Assembly (NCBI GenBank): GCA_039030515.1 | Contig: JBCCEA010000034.1 | Span: 1 to 38,246, forward strand | DNA: 38,246 nucleotides | Source: Myxococcota bacterium | Lineage (GTDB): Bacteria; Myxococcota_A; Polyangia; Polyangiales; Houyiibacteriaceae | Direction of reading: 5' to 3' | Part shown: positions 18,539 through 27,201 of the stretch, piece by piece | Numbering within the stretch: position 1 is the first letter of the stretch | How the letters are laid out: each line of letters starts with the position of its first letter | The notes under the pieces: generated by a model | The model's input: the letters and a program-made list of their open reading frames with translations, nothing else | Told to the model about the DNA's origin: nothing | Databases searched by the model: none | Position numbers and translations under genes: made by a program

Positions 18539-20445
18539 CGATGCTCTCGCCACGTCGTGAGGTCGGAGAGTTTAAGAAGCGCTACAAGTGGATGGCGCTG
18601 GTGGTGCTCTTGTCCTTCTGCGTCTTACTTATGCGGATGGTTCAACTTCAACTTGCTCAGGGGAGAGATTGGTCCGATGTGGCCGTCGAGAACATCACAA
18701 AGACCATTCAGCTTCCGGCGACTAGAGGGTTGATTTACGACACTAAGGGTCACGTAATCGCTACAAATCGTCCTTCGTACAACATCTACATCACTCCACG
18801 CTTGTTAGAACTCGATCGTTCTATCGACCGCTTTTTGGATTTGATGGCATTTTCCGACGCAGAGCGCGAACGTTTCACGAGACGGCTTTCTGAGATTCCA
18901 GAGCGTCGTCGCAGTCATCAAATCGAAATGTTTTCGGACATCAGTCGAGATCAGTTGGCCGCCCTAGAAACGCATCAGCAGGAGTTGCGGGGAGTCGACG
19001 TGCTGGCGGTGCCCGTGCGCACTTATGAATACGGTCACCTGGGCTCGCACGTAGTCGGTTATCTGAACCAGGTGAACACCCAGGATCTGAAAGGACTTAA
19101 GGCCAAAGGGTATCGCGTTCGGGACCGTATTGGCAGAACCGGAGTCGAAGCGTCTTATGAGTCCACACTTCGTGGATTTCGAGGATACAGACGCATTTTG
19201 GTAGACGCCCGGGGTGCAATCCAAAGAGACTCGAGACTGACCCGCTCTGACGAGCCCACGGAGCGAGAGCCGCAGCCCGGGCAGAATCTGGTGCTTGCCA
19301 TCGATATGGAGCTCACGCGCGCAGTCGAACGTGCATTTCGAGGGCACCCCTCTGGAGCCGCAGTGGTCGTAGATGTTGGCAGCGGGCGCGTTAGAGCGAT
19401 GTTTAGCAAGCCCTCATACGATCTAAATGAGATGTCCGGACGACTGTCGCGCGATCGATTTGAAGAACTAACTGAAGATCCTTTTCGACCACTGATCGAC
19501 AAGACGGTTTACGAAAGCTACTTCCCCGGTTCAACCTTCAAGCCGGTCAGCGCCCTCGCAGCGCTTGAGGATGAAGTATTGGACCCCTCAGTTCGGGTCG
19601 ACTGCCACGGTTATTATGAGTTAGGTAACCGGCGCTTCCGCTGTACTCAGGCGCATGGTGAGGTTGATATGCGTCGCTCCCTAATCCAATCCTGCAACAT
19701 TTATTTCTGGCGACTGGCAGAGCAGGTCGGGCTTGATCGCCTCAATCGTATTGCGCGAGAGTTCGGGCTTGGAGCGCCGACAGGAATCGGCATCAACTCA
19801 GAGTCTGCCGGTTTCTTGGCGACTAGGCAGTGGTATGAACAGCGCTTCGGCCGTTTTCGAGTGGGGCACACCCTCAATGCGGCCATCGGTCAGGGCAATA
19901 CCCGGGCGACTTTGGTGCAGATCGCGATTGCATACGCAGCTATCGCCAATGGAGGAGCTCTCTATACGCCACAACTCATCGAACGTGTGGTCTCCGCAGA
20001 AGGGGTTGTGATTGAAGAGTTTCCTCCACAAATACGCTCAGAGGTTCATGTGCGTTCCAAAAATTTAGAGTACATCAAAGACAGTCTCTACGGAGTGGTC
20101 CACGACCCGGACGGGACCGCTTTTGATGCTCACGTCGAAGGTGGTGTTCCCGTTGCAGGCAAGACGGGTACTGCTGAGGTGGCTCGCTACCGACCCAGTG
20201 ATGAAGAGGACCCTCAACGCACCTGGTACTTCAATCGAGACCATGCGTGGTTCGCCGGCTTTGCTCCTGCAGATGATCCAGAGGTGGCGATCGTCGTTTT
20301 GGTAGAACACGGAGGCTCCGGAGGACGAACAGCAGCGCCGATTGCGATTCAGATTCTACAAGAGCACTTGGGGGGTCGAGGGCTTACCGCTGTATCCAAC
20401 CATCCCGAGGGCAGTGCGCAGCTGACCTCCACCGGAACTCGTTGA
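18535..20445 (+). CDS. mrdA: Penicillin-binding protein 2
   Basis: TM anchor, ATRGLIYD, PGSTFK (SxxK), SCN (SxN) and AGKTGTAE (KTG). ATG 18535 overlaps the mreD stop. Confidence 0.96.
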   Translation: MTMLSPRREVGEFKKRYKWMALVVLLSFCVLLMRMVQLQLAQGRDWSDVAVENITKTIQLPATRGLIYDTKGHVIATNRPSYNIYITPRLLELDRSIDRFLDLMAFSDAERERFTRRLSEIPERRRSHQIEMFSDISRDQLAALETHQQELRGVDVLAVPVRTYEYGHLGSHVVGYLNQVNTQDLKGLKAKGYRVRDRIGRTGVEASYESTLRGFRGYRRILVDARGAIQRDSRLTRSDEPTEREPQPGQNLVLAIDMELTRAVERAFRGHPSGAAVVVDVGSGRVRAMFSKPSYDLNEMSGRLSRDRFEELTEDPFRPLIDKTVYESYFPGSTFKPVSALAALEDEVLDPSVRVDCHGYYELGNRRFRCTQAHGEVDMRRSLIQSCNIYFWRLAEQVGLDRLNRIAREFGLGAPTGIGINSESAGFLATRQWYEQRFGRFRVGHTLNAAIGQGNTRATLVQIAIAYAAIANGGALYTPQLIERVVSAEGVVIEEFPPQIRSEVHVRSKNLEYIKDSLYGVVHDPDGTAFDAHVEGGVPVAGKTGTAEVARYRPSDEEDPQRTWYFNRDHAWFAGFAPADDPEVAIVVLVEHGGSGGRTAAPIAIQILQEHLGGRGLTAVSNHPEGSAQLTSTGTR

Positions 20446-21545
20446 TGGCGCTCGTTCGTGGACTCAAGGATCATTTCGATTGGCCGCTTTTCATAGCCGT
20501 CGCTGCGATCGCGGTGATCGGAGTAGTCAATCTCTACAGCGCCACAAGTGCCCCGGGAGCTCGGGCGGACATCTACATTCAACAGATCTACTGGATTACG
20601 CTCGGGGCAGGCGTCGCCGTTCTGATTGCGGCTATCGACTATCGTCACTTCGAGCGTCATGGCTGGGTCGCCTACTGCGTGGGTTTGGTCTTGCTCGTAT
20701 TGGTGTTTTTGGTGGGCAGGAGCGTGCGCGGTTCGATGCGTTGGATTCCCATCGGAGGGTTTTCGCTTCAGCCGAGCGAGTTGATGAAGATATTGCTGAT
20801 CGTCGCTTTGGCGAAATATCTCCACAACGATCCCAAGACAGAAGGAAGGACGCTGAAGGATTTGATCCTACCAGGACTGATCTTGGCTGTTCCAATGGTA
20901 CTTATCTTGGCGCAACCGGATCTAGGCACCGCGGTAATCTGTGCATTGATCTTCGGTACGATCATGGTGCTTACCAACCTAAAGCTGAGGTCACTTCTCA
21001 CGCTCGCCTTGGCATTTATCCTCAGTGCTCCGCTTACTTGGACCTATCTGCTGCGCGACTATCAGCGTGAACGGTTTTTAGCGTTCTTGAAGCCAGAAGA
21101 AGTGCAATTAGATTCCGGATGGCATGCCCGTCAGTCGATTGTCGCGATCGGAAGCGGTCGTTTTTTCGGCAAAGGCTTCATGCAGGGAACCCAGAATCAA
21201 TTTCGCTTTCTCCCCGATCAACAGACGGACTTCCCATTTTCGGTCTGGGCCGAAGAGCAAGGATTTTTGGGCACTGCTCTATTACTCAGCCTCTACCTAT
21301 ATCTCGTCCTTTGGGCGCTCAAGATAGCCTCGCAAGCTAAGGATCGCTTTGGCGCCGTAGTAGCGGTAGGGGTTGCGGCGCTCTTCTTCTGGCAAACAGT
21401 GATCAACGTGGGCATGGTAAGCGGCCTGCTTCCTGTGGTGGGCATGACCCTGCCGCTTTTCAGTTACGGAGGCTCAAGCGTCCTCACGCTCATGATGGGG
21501 GTTGGGCTTTTGATGAATATATCCATGCGCCGTTTTACCTTCTGA
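20442..21545 (+). CDS. rodA: Rod shape-determining protein RodA (SEDS glycosyltransferase)
   Basis: RWIPIGGFSLQPSELMK, QPDLGTA, FLPDQQTDF and LPLFSYGGSS. Confidence 0.96.
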   Translation: MMALVRGLKDHFDWPLFIAVAAIAVIGVVNLYSATSAPGARADIYIQQIYWITLGAGVAVLIAAIDYRHFERHGWVAYCVGLVLLVLVFLVGRSVRGSMRWIPIGGFSLQPSELMKILLIVALAKYLHNDPKTEGRTLKDLILPGLILAVPMVLILAQPDLGTAVICALIFGTIMVLTNLKLRSLLTLALAFILSAPLTWTYLLRDYQRERFLAFLKPEEVQLDSGWHARQSIVAIGSGRFFGKGFMQGTQNQFRFLPDQQTDFPFSVWAEEQGFLGTALLLSLYLYLVLWALKIASQAKDRFGAVVAVGVAALFFWQTVINVGMVSGLLPVVGMTLPLFSYGGSSVLTLMMGVGLLMNISMRRFTF

Positions 21546-21880
21546 CCCAGGGGGCCTATGTCGGCCCAAACAGCTGCTTGCCGCCTCGCTCGTCGTCGTC
21601 AGGTACCTTAAGTACCCTCCTCCTCGGCCCAGCGCGTCTCGGTGGGTGTGAACGCCCAGCGCCCCGCACGCGCAGACGTGAAGGAGTAGTACTGCTACTT
21701 CGAACGACGAGCATGGGAGGCAAGCAGGCGTTCAGGCCTAGCGAGGCGTGCTGGGGGGCGCTGGCTGTTTGAACCAACCTAGACCCGCTGGTGTGTGGTG
21801 GGTATGTCGGCCCAAACAGCTGCTTCCTCCCATGCTCGACGTTCGAAGTACCAAGAACTACGCCTTCACATCTGCGTTTC
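21545..21880. repeat. Composite locus of the same MITE/REP-like family as 1-257
   Basis: ACCCAGGGGGCC-TA-[21559-21779]-TA-GACCCGCTG begins at the rodA stop. A further copy starts at 21803. Segment ~21671-21727 is the reverse complement of ~21820-21876 with few mismatches. Confidence 0.85.
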
Positions 21881-21992
21881 GGAAGACGCCGGGCTTGACT
21901 GCGTGCAGATCTCCGACAGACCCTTCTTCGTCTCACATAATTCTGGATCGATCCTTGACCTTCGGTCTCAATCTTTTCCTAAAGAGTGTAGG

Positions 21993-22841
21993 ATGGCGTC
22001 TCGTATGGATCATGTTCGAAGTACCCGAGTTGCGGTGGCGCAGCTCACCTCCGGAGTTGAGGTGGAGAAGAATCTCGATGCCGTAGAGCGCTGCGTGCTG
22101 CGTGCTGCTGACCAGGGAGCTGAGGTTCTCGTCTTGCCTGAGTGCTTTGCGTTTCTTGGGCCCTCCGAAAAGATGTGGGCTATTGCTGAGTCACTGCCGC
22201 ACGGCGGTCCGATTCTGGCACGTTGCGCAAACTTGGCGCGCACCCATCAGCTGGAGATGGTGTTGGGCGGCTACTGGGAACGATCTTCCATCGAAGGGAA
22301 AGTGCACAACGCATGCATACATCTTGATCGCGATGGAGCGGTCCAGTCTGTGTACCGGAAGATCCATTTGTTTGACGTCGACCTTCCCGACGGAACCCGT
22401 CTGATCGAATCTGCTCATGTCGAGGCTGGCCAAGAGGTGGTCGTTGCTGAGATGCCGTTCGGGAAACTCGGGCTCTCTATCTGTTACGATTTGAGGTTTC
22501 CAGAGCTCTATCGGGAGCTCGTCGATCGGGGTGCGGTAGCATTTGCGGTTCCTGCCGCGTTTACCCTAACGACAGGCAAAGACCACTGGCACGTGCTGTT
22601 GCGATCCCGGGCAATCGAGCAGCAATGCTATGTACTCGCAGCTGCCCAGACAGGTTCGCATTTCGGGTCGAGAGTGAGTTACGGACACGCATTGATCGCC
22701 GATCCCTGGGGTACAGTTCTGGCGCAGTGTGGTGAGGGCGAAGGAATCGCCGTCGCGGCACTCGAACCCGACGTGGTTGGTTCGATCCGCAATGCGCTGC
22801 CTAGTCTGAAGCATCGAAAAATGAGGCCGATCGACCTCTAG
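21993..22841 (+). CDS. Carbon-nitrogen hydrolase (Nit1-like, possible deaminated-glutathione amidase)
   Basis: Glu-Lys-Cys triad in VLPEC, YRKIHLFDV and ICYDLRFPE, plus PAAFTLTTGKDHW and YGHALIADPWG. Confidence 0.92.
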   Translation: MASRMDHVRSTRVAVAQLTSGVEVEKNLDAVERCVLRAADQGAEVLVLPECFAFLGPSEKMWAIAESLPHGGPILARCANLARTHQLEMVLGGYWERSSIEGKVHNACIHLDRDGAVQSVYRKIHLFDVDLPDGTRLIESAHVEAGQEVVVAEMPFGKLGLSICYDLRFPELYRELVDRGAVAFAVPAAFTLTTGKDHWHVLLRSRAIEQQCYVLAAAQTGSHFGSRVSYGHALIADPWGTVLAQCGEGEGIAVAALEPDVVGSIRNALPSLKHRKMRPIDL

Positions 22842-22896
22842 GTTACTGAGCGCGGAGCTCTGCAGAGAACGATCGTCGACTTTCGAGATGCAACGC

Positions 22897-25197
22897 CTAC
22901 GTCGATCCGCCACGCACTAGAGTCAAATGCGGCACCGGCGCGTAGGCAGCGACGTAGCCGCTTTCCTCTGCTACGTAGACCCAGTTTCGCTCGTCTACGC
23001 GAATCGCGTCTGGAATGAGTTCACAGGGCAACTTGCTTCCGATCGACGTTCCATCGCACACACGTAAGACATGTACATGTTCCGAGGGGACAAACAGTGC
23101 CCCACCACGCAAAATAGGTTCGAGCCTACGCGGCACGTCCTGCGTTTTGCTCTGATTCAGTTGCCGGCTCCAGCGTGTTTGCCCGGTCTCCAAATGTAGT
23201 GAATGCACGTATCCTTCGGTGGTGTTGAGTAGGAGTTGATCGTCCACACAGAGAGGCGCTGCTCCTCGATGCATTCCTGGGTCTGGGGTGCTCCAACGGT
23301 CGATACCGTTCTCATCGAGAGACACAAGACGTGGGCCATCCCCTTTCATATTCATCGCAAAAATGGCAGCTCGAGCGGCAGTGTGGATGGGAGGTGCCAG
23401 CGGTGCGCCCTCGATCGACGTACTCCAGAGTTCCTGGCCACTGTAGAGGTCCAAGCCGAACACACGAACGCTCTGTGAGGAAGAGTCTCCAGAAACTACG
23501 AAAACGCGATCTTGGGTAACACATGGACGGATGCAGAAGCGGACTCGCGCGGAAAAGCGCCAAATGACCTCTCCGCTCACTACGTCGAGTGCATGAACAG
23601 AACGATCACCACGGACCGCCAGTAGGAGTCTTCCGGCTCGGGTAAAGCGGATCGGACCGGTTCCCTGAGGAGCAAAGCGCCATCGCAGCTCTGCGGTACG
23701 CAAGTCGACCGCTACCAGCCGATGGTGCCCTTCGACCAGGATGGCCACTGGGGGTATCGAACGTCCACCTGCTACGACCCCCGCGACTTCGTCCACGGCG
23801 GGCGGTAGAATCGACGTGCGCGCATAGGCTTCTCCGTCGTCTACTCGACACAGTTCGACCTCTCCATCTTTCGCGATGCGTACCAAGATGGTTCGGGCCA
23901 TCAGTGCGGTATGTCCTCGGGCCTCGCGAATCCAGAGGACCTCACCGTCGTCTCGCGATACGGCTAGGGTATGCTTCGGTGAGGTAACGACAAGTCGATC
24001 TCCACAGAAAAACATAGCATTGGCGTCCAGTCCATCTACCGTCATGCGCCAGCGTTCTGCGTATCGTAGTGAAGCTGGAGGTGATTGAGATTCGCGTCTG
24101 TCGGACTCCAACTCTACATGCGCTACAGCCCGCAAGCCTTCTGAATTGCGGTTGATGAATCCTTCGGGTCGACGCTGTAGGCGCACGAGTTTGCGGAGCG
24201 TATTGACCTCCTCTCGAAGTTGTCTGACTCGCAAATTGCGATTCTGAGAGCGATCCGCGCTTACAAGTCCGCGCAGTAGGTCGCTCGCCAACTTGAGTAC
24301 TGGTGTGGCGACATCAGTCACGCCCATCCCGACAGCGGTAACCGCTCCACTCTGAGGTGTGCCTAAAGTGAGGGAAAGCTCTTCTCGTTCATCGAGACGA
24401 AGTCCGATGCCAAAGTTGTCTCCACGAAGTCGCACGTTGAGCATGCGGCCCGACTCCCATGCTTCCAAGAGAGCTCGGGTGGCTGAAAGAAGCCTTTTTA
24501 CGCCGAGCATGACTGGGCCTTGAGTCAGAGTGAGACGGCGCCCACGCAGAAACGCCCAAAGCTGTCCCTCAAAAAGAAGTGCGTGCAAGTCCGATACAGA
24601 GCTGCCGAGGTGAGCGGGTTCGGCGTTGTGCGGGATTTGAACTTCAAAGCCGAAGGCGAGGGCGATCGCTTCTTGTGGCACATCTTCTTTTAGGGTGCTG
24701 CGGGGTTGGAACTCGATCATCGGCGCCGGGGTCAACTCGATATTCAGAGCCTGTCTGCCGAGGCGCGCGGCAAGCGCACGATCGGTCTGCTCGGACTCGG
24801 AATACGTCTTCTTTTTGAAAGATGTGCGATCGAGTTCTTGCCTCGTGCTCTCGAGGCAAGCGTTGCCACACGCATCCAATAGCTCCCGAAGATACACTGG
24901 TCGGTTCAGCCATCGCACGTTCGGATGTGAAGAAGTGTCGTAATAGCTGACCAGAACCGTGTCGCCCTGCCGGACGAAGGCGTACTCCAGAGGCTGATCG
25001 CTTATCGGAATCAAAACCTTACTTCGGGTACCCTTGGCAAGCGTTGAAAGGCTTGCCAGCAATTCCGGAATCGGTGGCAGCAGATCGATCGACCGGTGTG
25101 ACCTATGCAATAGAAACGCAATGCGTCCATACGGGTCCTCCGGGGACTGTTTCGGTTTGGCATGCTGTGGCGAGTTGCCGTGTATCAAGGATTCCAT
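22897..25197 (-). CDS. PQQ-type beta-propeller repeat protein with a large N-terminal domain of unknown function
   Basis: Repeated AxDxxxGexxW blades (AVSRDDGEVLW, AVDLRTAELRW, ALDVVSGEVIW, GLDLYSGQELW, SLHLETGQTRW) in the C-terminal half. Confidence 0.85.
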   Translation of the reverse strand: MESLIHGNSPQHAKPKQSPEDPYGRIAFLLHRSHRSIDLLPPIPELLASLSTLAKGTRSKVLIPISDQPLEYAFVRQGDTVLVSYYDTSSHPNVRWLNRPVYLRELLDACGNACLESTRQELDRTSFKKKTYSESEQTDRALAARLGRQALNIELTPAPMIEFQPRSTLKEDVPQEAIALAFGFEVQIPHNAEPAHLGSSVSDLHALLFEGQLWAFLRGRRLTLTQGPVMLGVKRLLSATRALLEAWESGRMLNVRLRGDNFGIGLRLDEREELSLTLGTPQSGAVTAVGMGVTDVATPVLKLASDLLRGLVSADRSQNRNLRVRQLREEVNTLRKLVRLQRRPEGFINRNSEGLRAVAHVELESDRRESQSPPASLRYAERWRMTVDGLDANAMFFCGDRLVVTSPKHTLAVSRDDGEVLWIREARGHTALMARTILVRIAKDGEVELCRVDDGEAYARTSILPPAVDEVAGVVAGGRSIPPVAILVEGHHRLVAVDLRTAELRWRFAPQGTGPIRFTRAGRLLLAVRGDRSVHALDVVSGEVIWRFSARVRFCIRPCVTQDRVFVVSGDSSSQSVRVFGLDLYSGQELWSTSIEGAPLAPPIHTAARAAIFAMNMKGDGPRLVSLDENGIDRWSTPDPGMHRGAAPLCVDDQLLLNTTEGYVHSLHLETGQTRWSRQLNQSKTQDVPRRLEPILRGGALFVPSEHVHVLRVCDGTSIGSKLPCELIPDAIRVDERNWVYVAEESGYVAAYAPVPHLTLVRGGST

Positions 25198-25433
25198 GTG
25201 CGACCAGAGGTTCTCGAAACGAACTGGGAACCGGTTGCATCATGTTAGGAGGGTGGTTTTGGGTGGATCAACATATCGGATCGTAAAAAACCAATGCTGT
25301 CGATATGTTGACATTCTGCGACCTGAGGAAGATCCCGATGGATACGAGATCGAAATTACGGATCGCGTGCATGAAAACCGGTTGCGGCGCGTTCCTGCCA
25401 AGAGCGTGGGAAACGTCGTCAGGATGTAAGAAA

Positions 25434-25961
25434 ATGAAACACGTATGGGGGTATTCAACCCTGGTTTTTTGGGCTTTTTCTGTCGTTCAGCCCCAACGAG
25501 CGTCGGCCGATCTGCTCGAGTTCGATTTGAATACCCATGCGGGTTACGTCGATTTGGAGCAGCTTGAGTCTGCGGATAGTTCTACCCTCTCAGGCAGCGC
25601 ACTTGGGGTGGATGCTCGGCTTCAGATTTGGTTTCTTCAAGGTATCGCTGAATATCAACGCGTTCTCGGAGAAGCGGATCTCATTCACCTAGGTGTGGGT
25701 TTTCGACCCACCTTGGAGCTTCGCTTTATGCGGCTCTATGCCACTTCGAGTCTCGGATTGATGGTGTTTGCTCCGGACTCACGAGCCGGTGACGACGACA
25801 CCACCCGAGGGTTTCAGGCCCGGGGAGGTGGTGGCGTTGAGTTTCTCTTTGCCGATGACTGGTTGGCGGTCGGAACAGCGATCGAGTTCAGTACACACAA
25901 GGTCGGAGATGACTGGGGAACTGGCTATCTGTTCCGTGGCTATCTTGGCCTCCGAATTTAG
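25434..25961 (+). CDS. Putative small outer-membrane beta-barrel protein
   Basis: Signal-peptide-like start ending ASA-D, alternating amphipathic strands rich in Gly and aromatic residues, and a C-terminal strand LFRGYLGLRI. Confidence 0.7.
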   Translation: MKHVWGYSTLVFWAFSVVQPQRASADLLEFDLNTHAGYVDLEQLESADSSTLSGSALGVDARLQIWFLQGIAEYQRVLGEADLIHLGVGFRPTLELRFMRLYATSSLGLMVFAPDSRAGDDDTTRGFQARGGGGVEFLFADDWLAVGTAIEFSTHKVGDDWGTGYLFRGYLGLRI

Positions 25962-25995
25962 CGAGACACTTCGGAGCAATGAGAGATCGTCTGAG

Positions 25996-27201
25996 ATGAG
26001 CGCAGTCGATTCGGTCGTCACTCATGTTGCCGCTATGCCGTTCCCTACAGTGCAGGGCACACAGGCTGCGATCTCCTCGATGATGGAGGCACAGCATGAA
26101 GCAGGGCGTGAAGTCCAGCTCCTCACCTACGCATTTGGAGCCGGCCCGGCGCCCTCCTATCCGGTTGTCCGTGCCCGTGATGTTCCTCGAATTCGATCTT
26201 TTCGCTCGGGACCGAGTCTGGGCAAGTTACTTTTGGATCTGCAGCTCGCTCGAAGGTTGCGGTGGACCCGAGGACCCGTGGTCGCCCATCACGTCGAAGG
26301 CGCGCTCGCGACCCTGATGGCCGGACGGACACTCGATGTCTTCGTGATGCATACCGCCTTGGACAGTGAGCTCGGATCTTACGTTCCTTCCCTACCGGAA
26401 ACGGGTCAGCGTCTGGTGAGTCATGCGGGGGGCGCGCTTGACCGAGTTCTGATTCAGTGTGCCTCACGGGTAGCCGCAATTTCGCCAATGCTATGCGAAA
26501 AGTTTTCAGGCCTTACAAACACCGAGATATTCTATTTACCCATACCGTGGAGTATTCCAGATTCGCCCTCGGCTGAGCTGCCGCAGGAGATGCGACGTGC
26601 ACTTGCGATCGAAGAAGGAACGTTGGTCGTCGGTTACGTTGGGAATCTAGATCGCTACCAGGGACTGGAACTTCTGATCGCCTCTTTAGCTAAGGCGACT
26701 AAACGCAGATCGATGGTGCTCTTGTTGGCTACGGCCTCAGATCCACGCGCATTCTTGAAGGAGGCGGGGCAAGAAGGAATAGCAATACACATGCGAATTG
26801 TTTCTCTCGCGCCAAAAGAGATCGATTGGGAGCGACGTCGAGCTCAGATTGCGGCTGTGATGGACGTAGCCGTAGTACCTCGAAGGTGCGCTGGAGGATT
26901 ACCGATCAAGCTTCTTGACGCCCTTGCCCGTTCCACTCCGGTGATTGCAACGCGTACGGCTTGTGCTGGACTGCCGCTCGACGATGTCTGCACGATCATA
27001 GAGGACGATGCTTCGGCGCCAGATGCGCTTGCGGAGGCGCTCGTTTGCTTTGATCGTACCCGAAGAGGAGCGTTTGCGAACGCGGGACGGTCCTACGTTG
27101 CCTCTCATCACAGCTCGGAAGTGTTCTTAGCGGCGATGGACAGGCTTCTGGATGGAGTGAGCGTTTGTGCCGATCTACGGCCAAGCGATCAATCGATATA
27201 A
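25996..27201 (+). CDS. Glycosyltransferase family 4 (GT-B)
   Basis: PFPTVQGTQ, HHVEG, YVGNLDRYQGLELL and GLPIKLLDALARSTPVIAT. Start set at ATG 25996. Confidence 0.88.
   Translation: MSAVDSVVTHVAAMPFPTVQGTQAAISSMMEAQHEAGREVQLLTYAFGAGPAPSYPVVRARDVPRIRSFRSGPSLGKLLLDLQLARRLRWTRGPVVAHHVEGALATLMAGRTLDVFVMHTALDSELGSYVPSLPETGQRLVSHAGGALDRVLIQCASRVAAISPMLCEKFSGLTNTEIFYLPIPWSIPDSPSAELPQEMRRALAIEEGTLVVGYVGNLDRYQGLELLIASLAKATKRRSMVLLLATASDPRAFLKEAGQEGIAIHMRIVSLAPKEIDWERRRAQIAAVMDVAVVPRRCAGGLPIKLLDALARSTPVIATRTACAGLPLDDVCTIIEDDASAPDALAEALVCFDRTRRGAFANAGRSYVASHHSSEVFLAAMDRLLDGVSVCADLRPSDQSI

Noticed and set aside
21795..21992. N-terminal extension of the nitrilase-family ORF
   Set aside because: It runs through the repeat element, and family similarity begins only at RVAVAQ.
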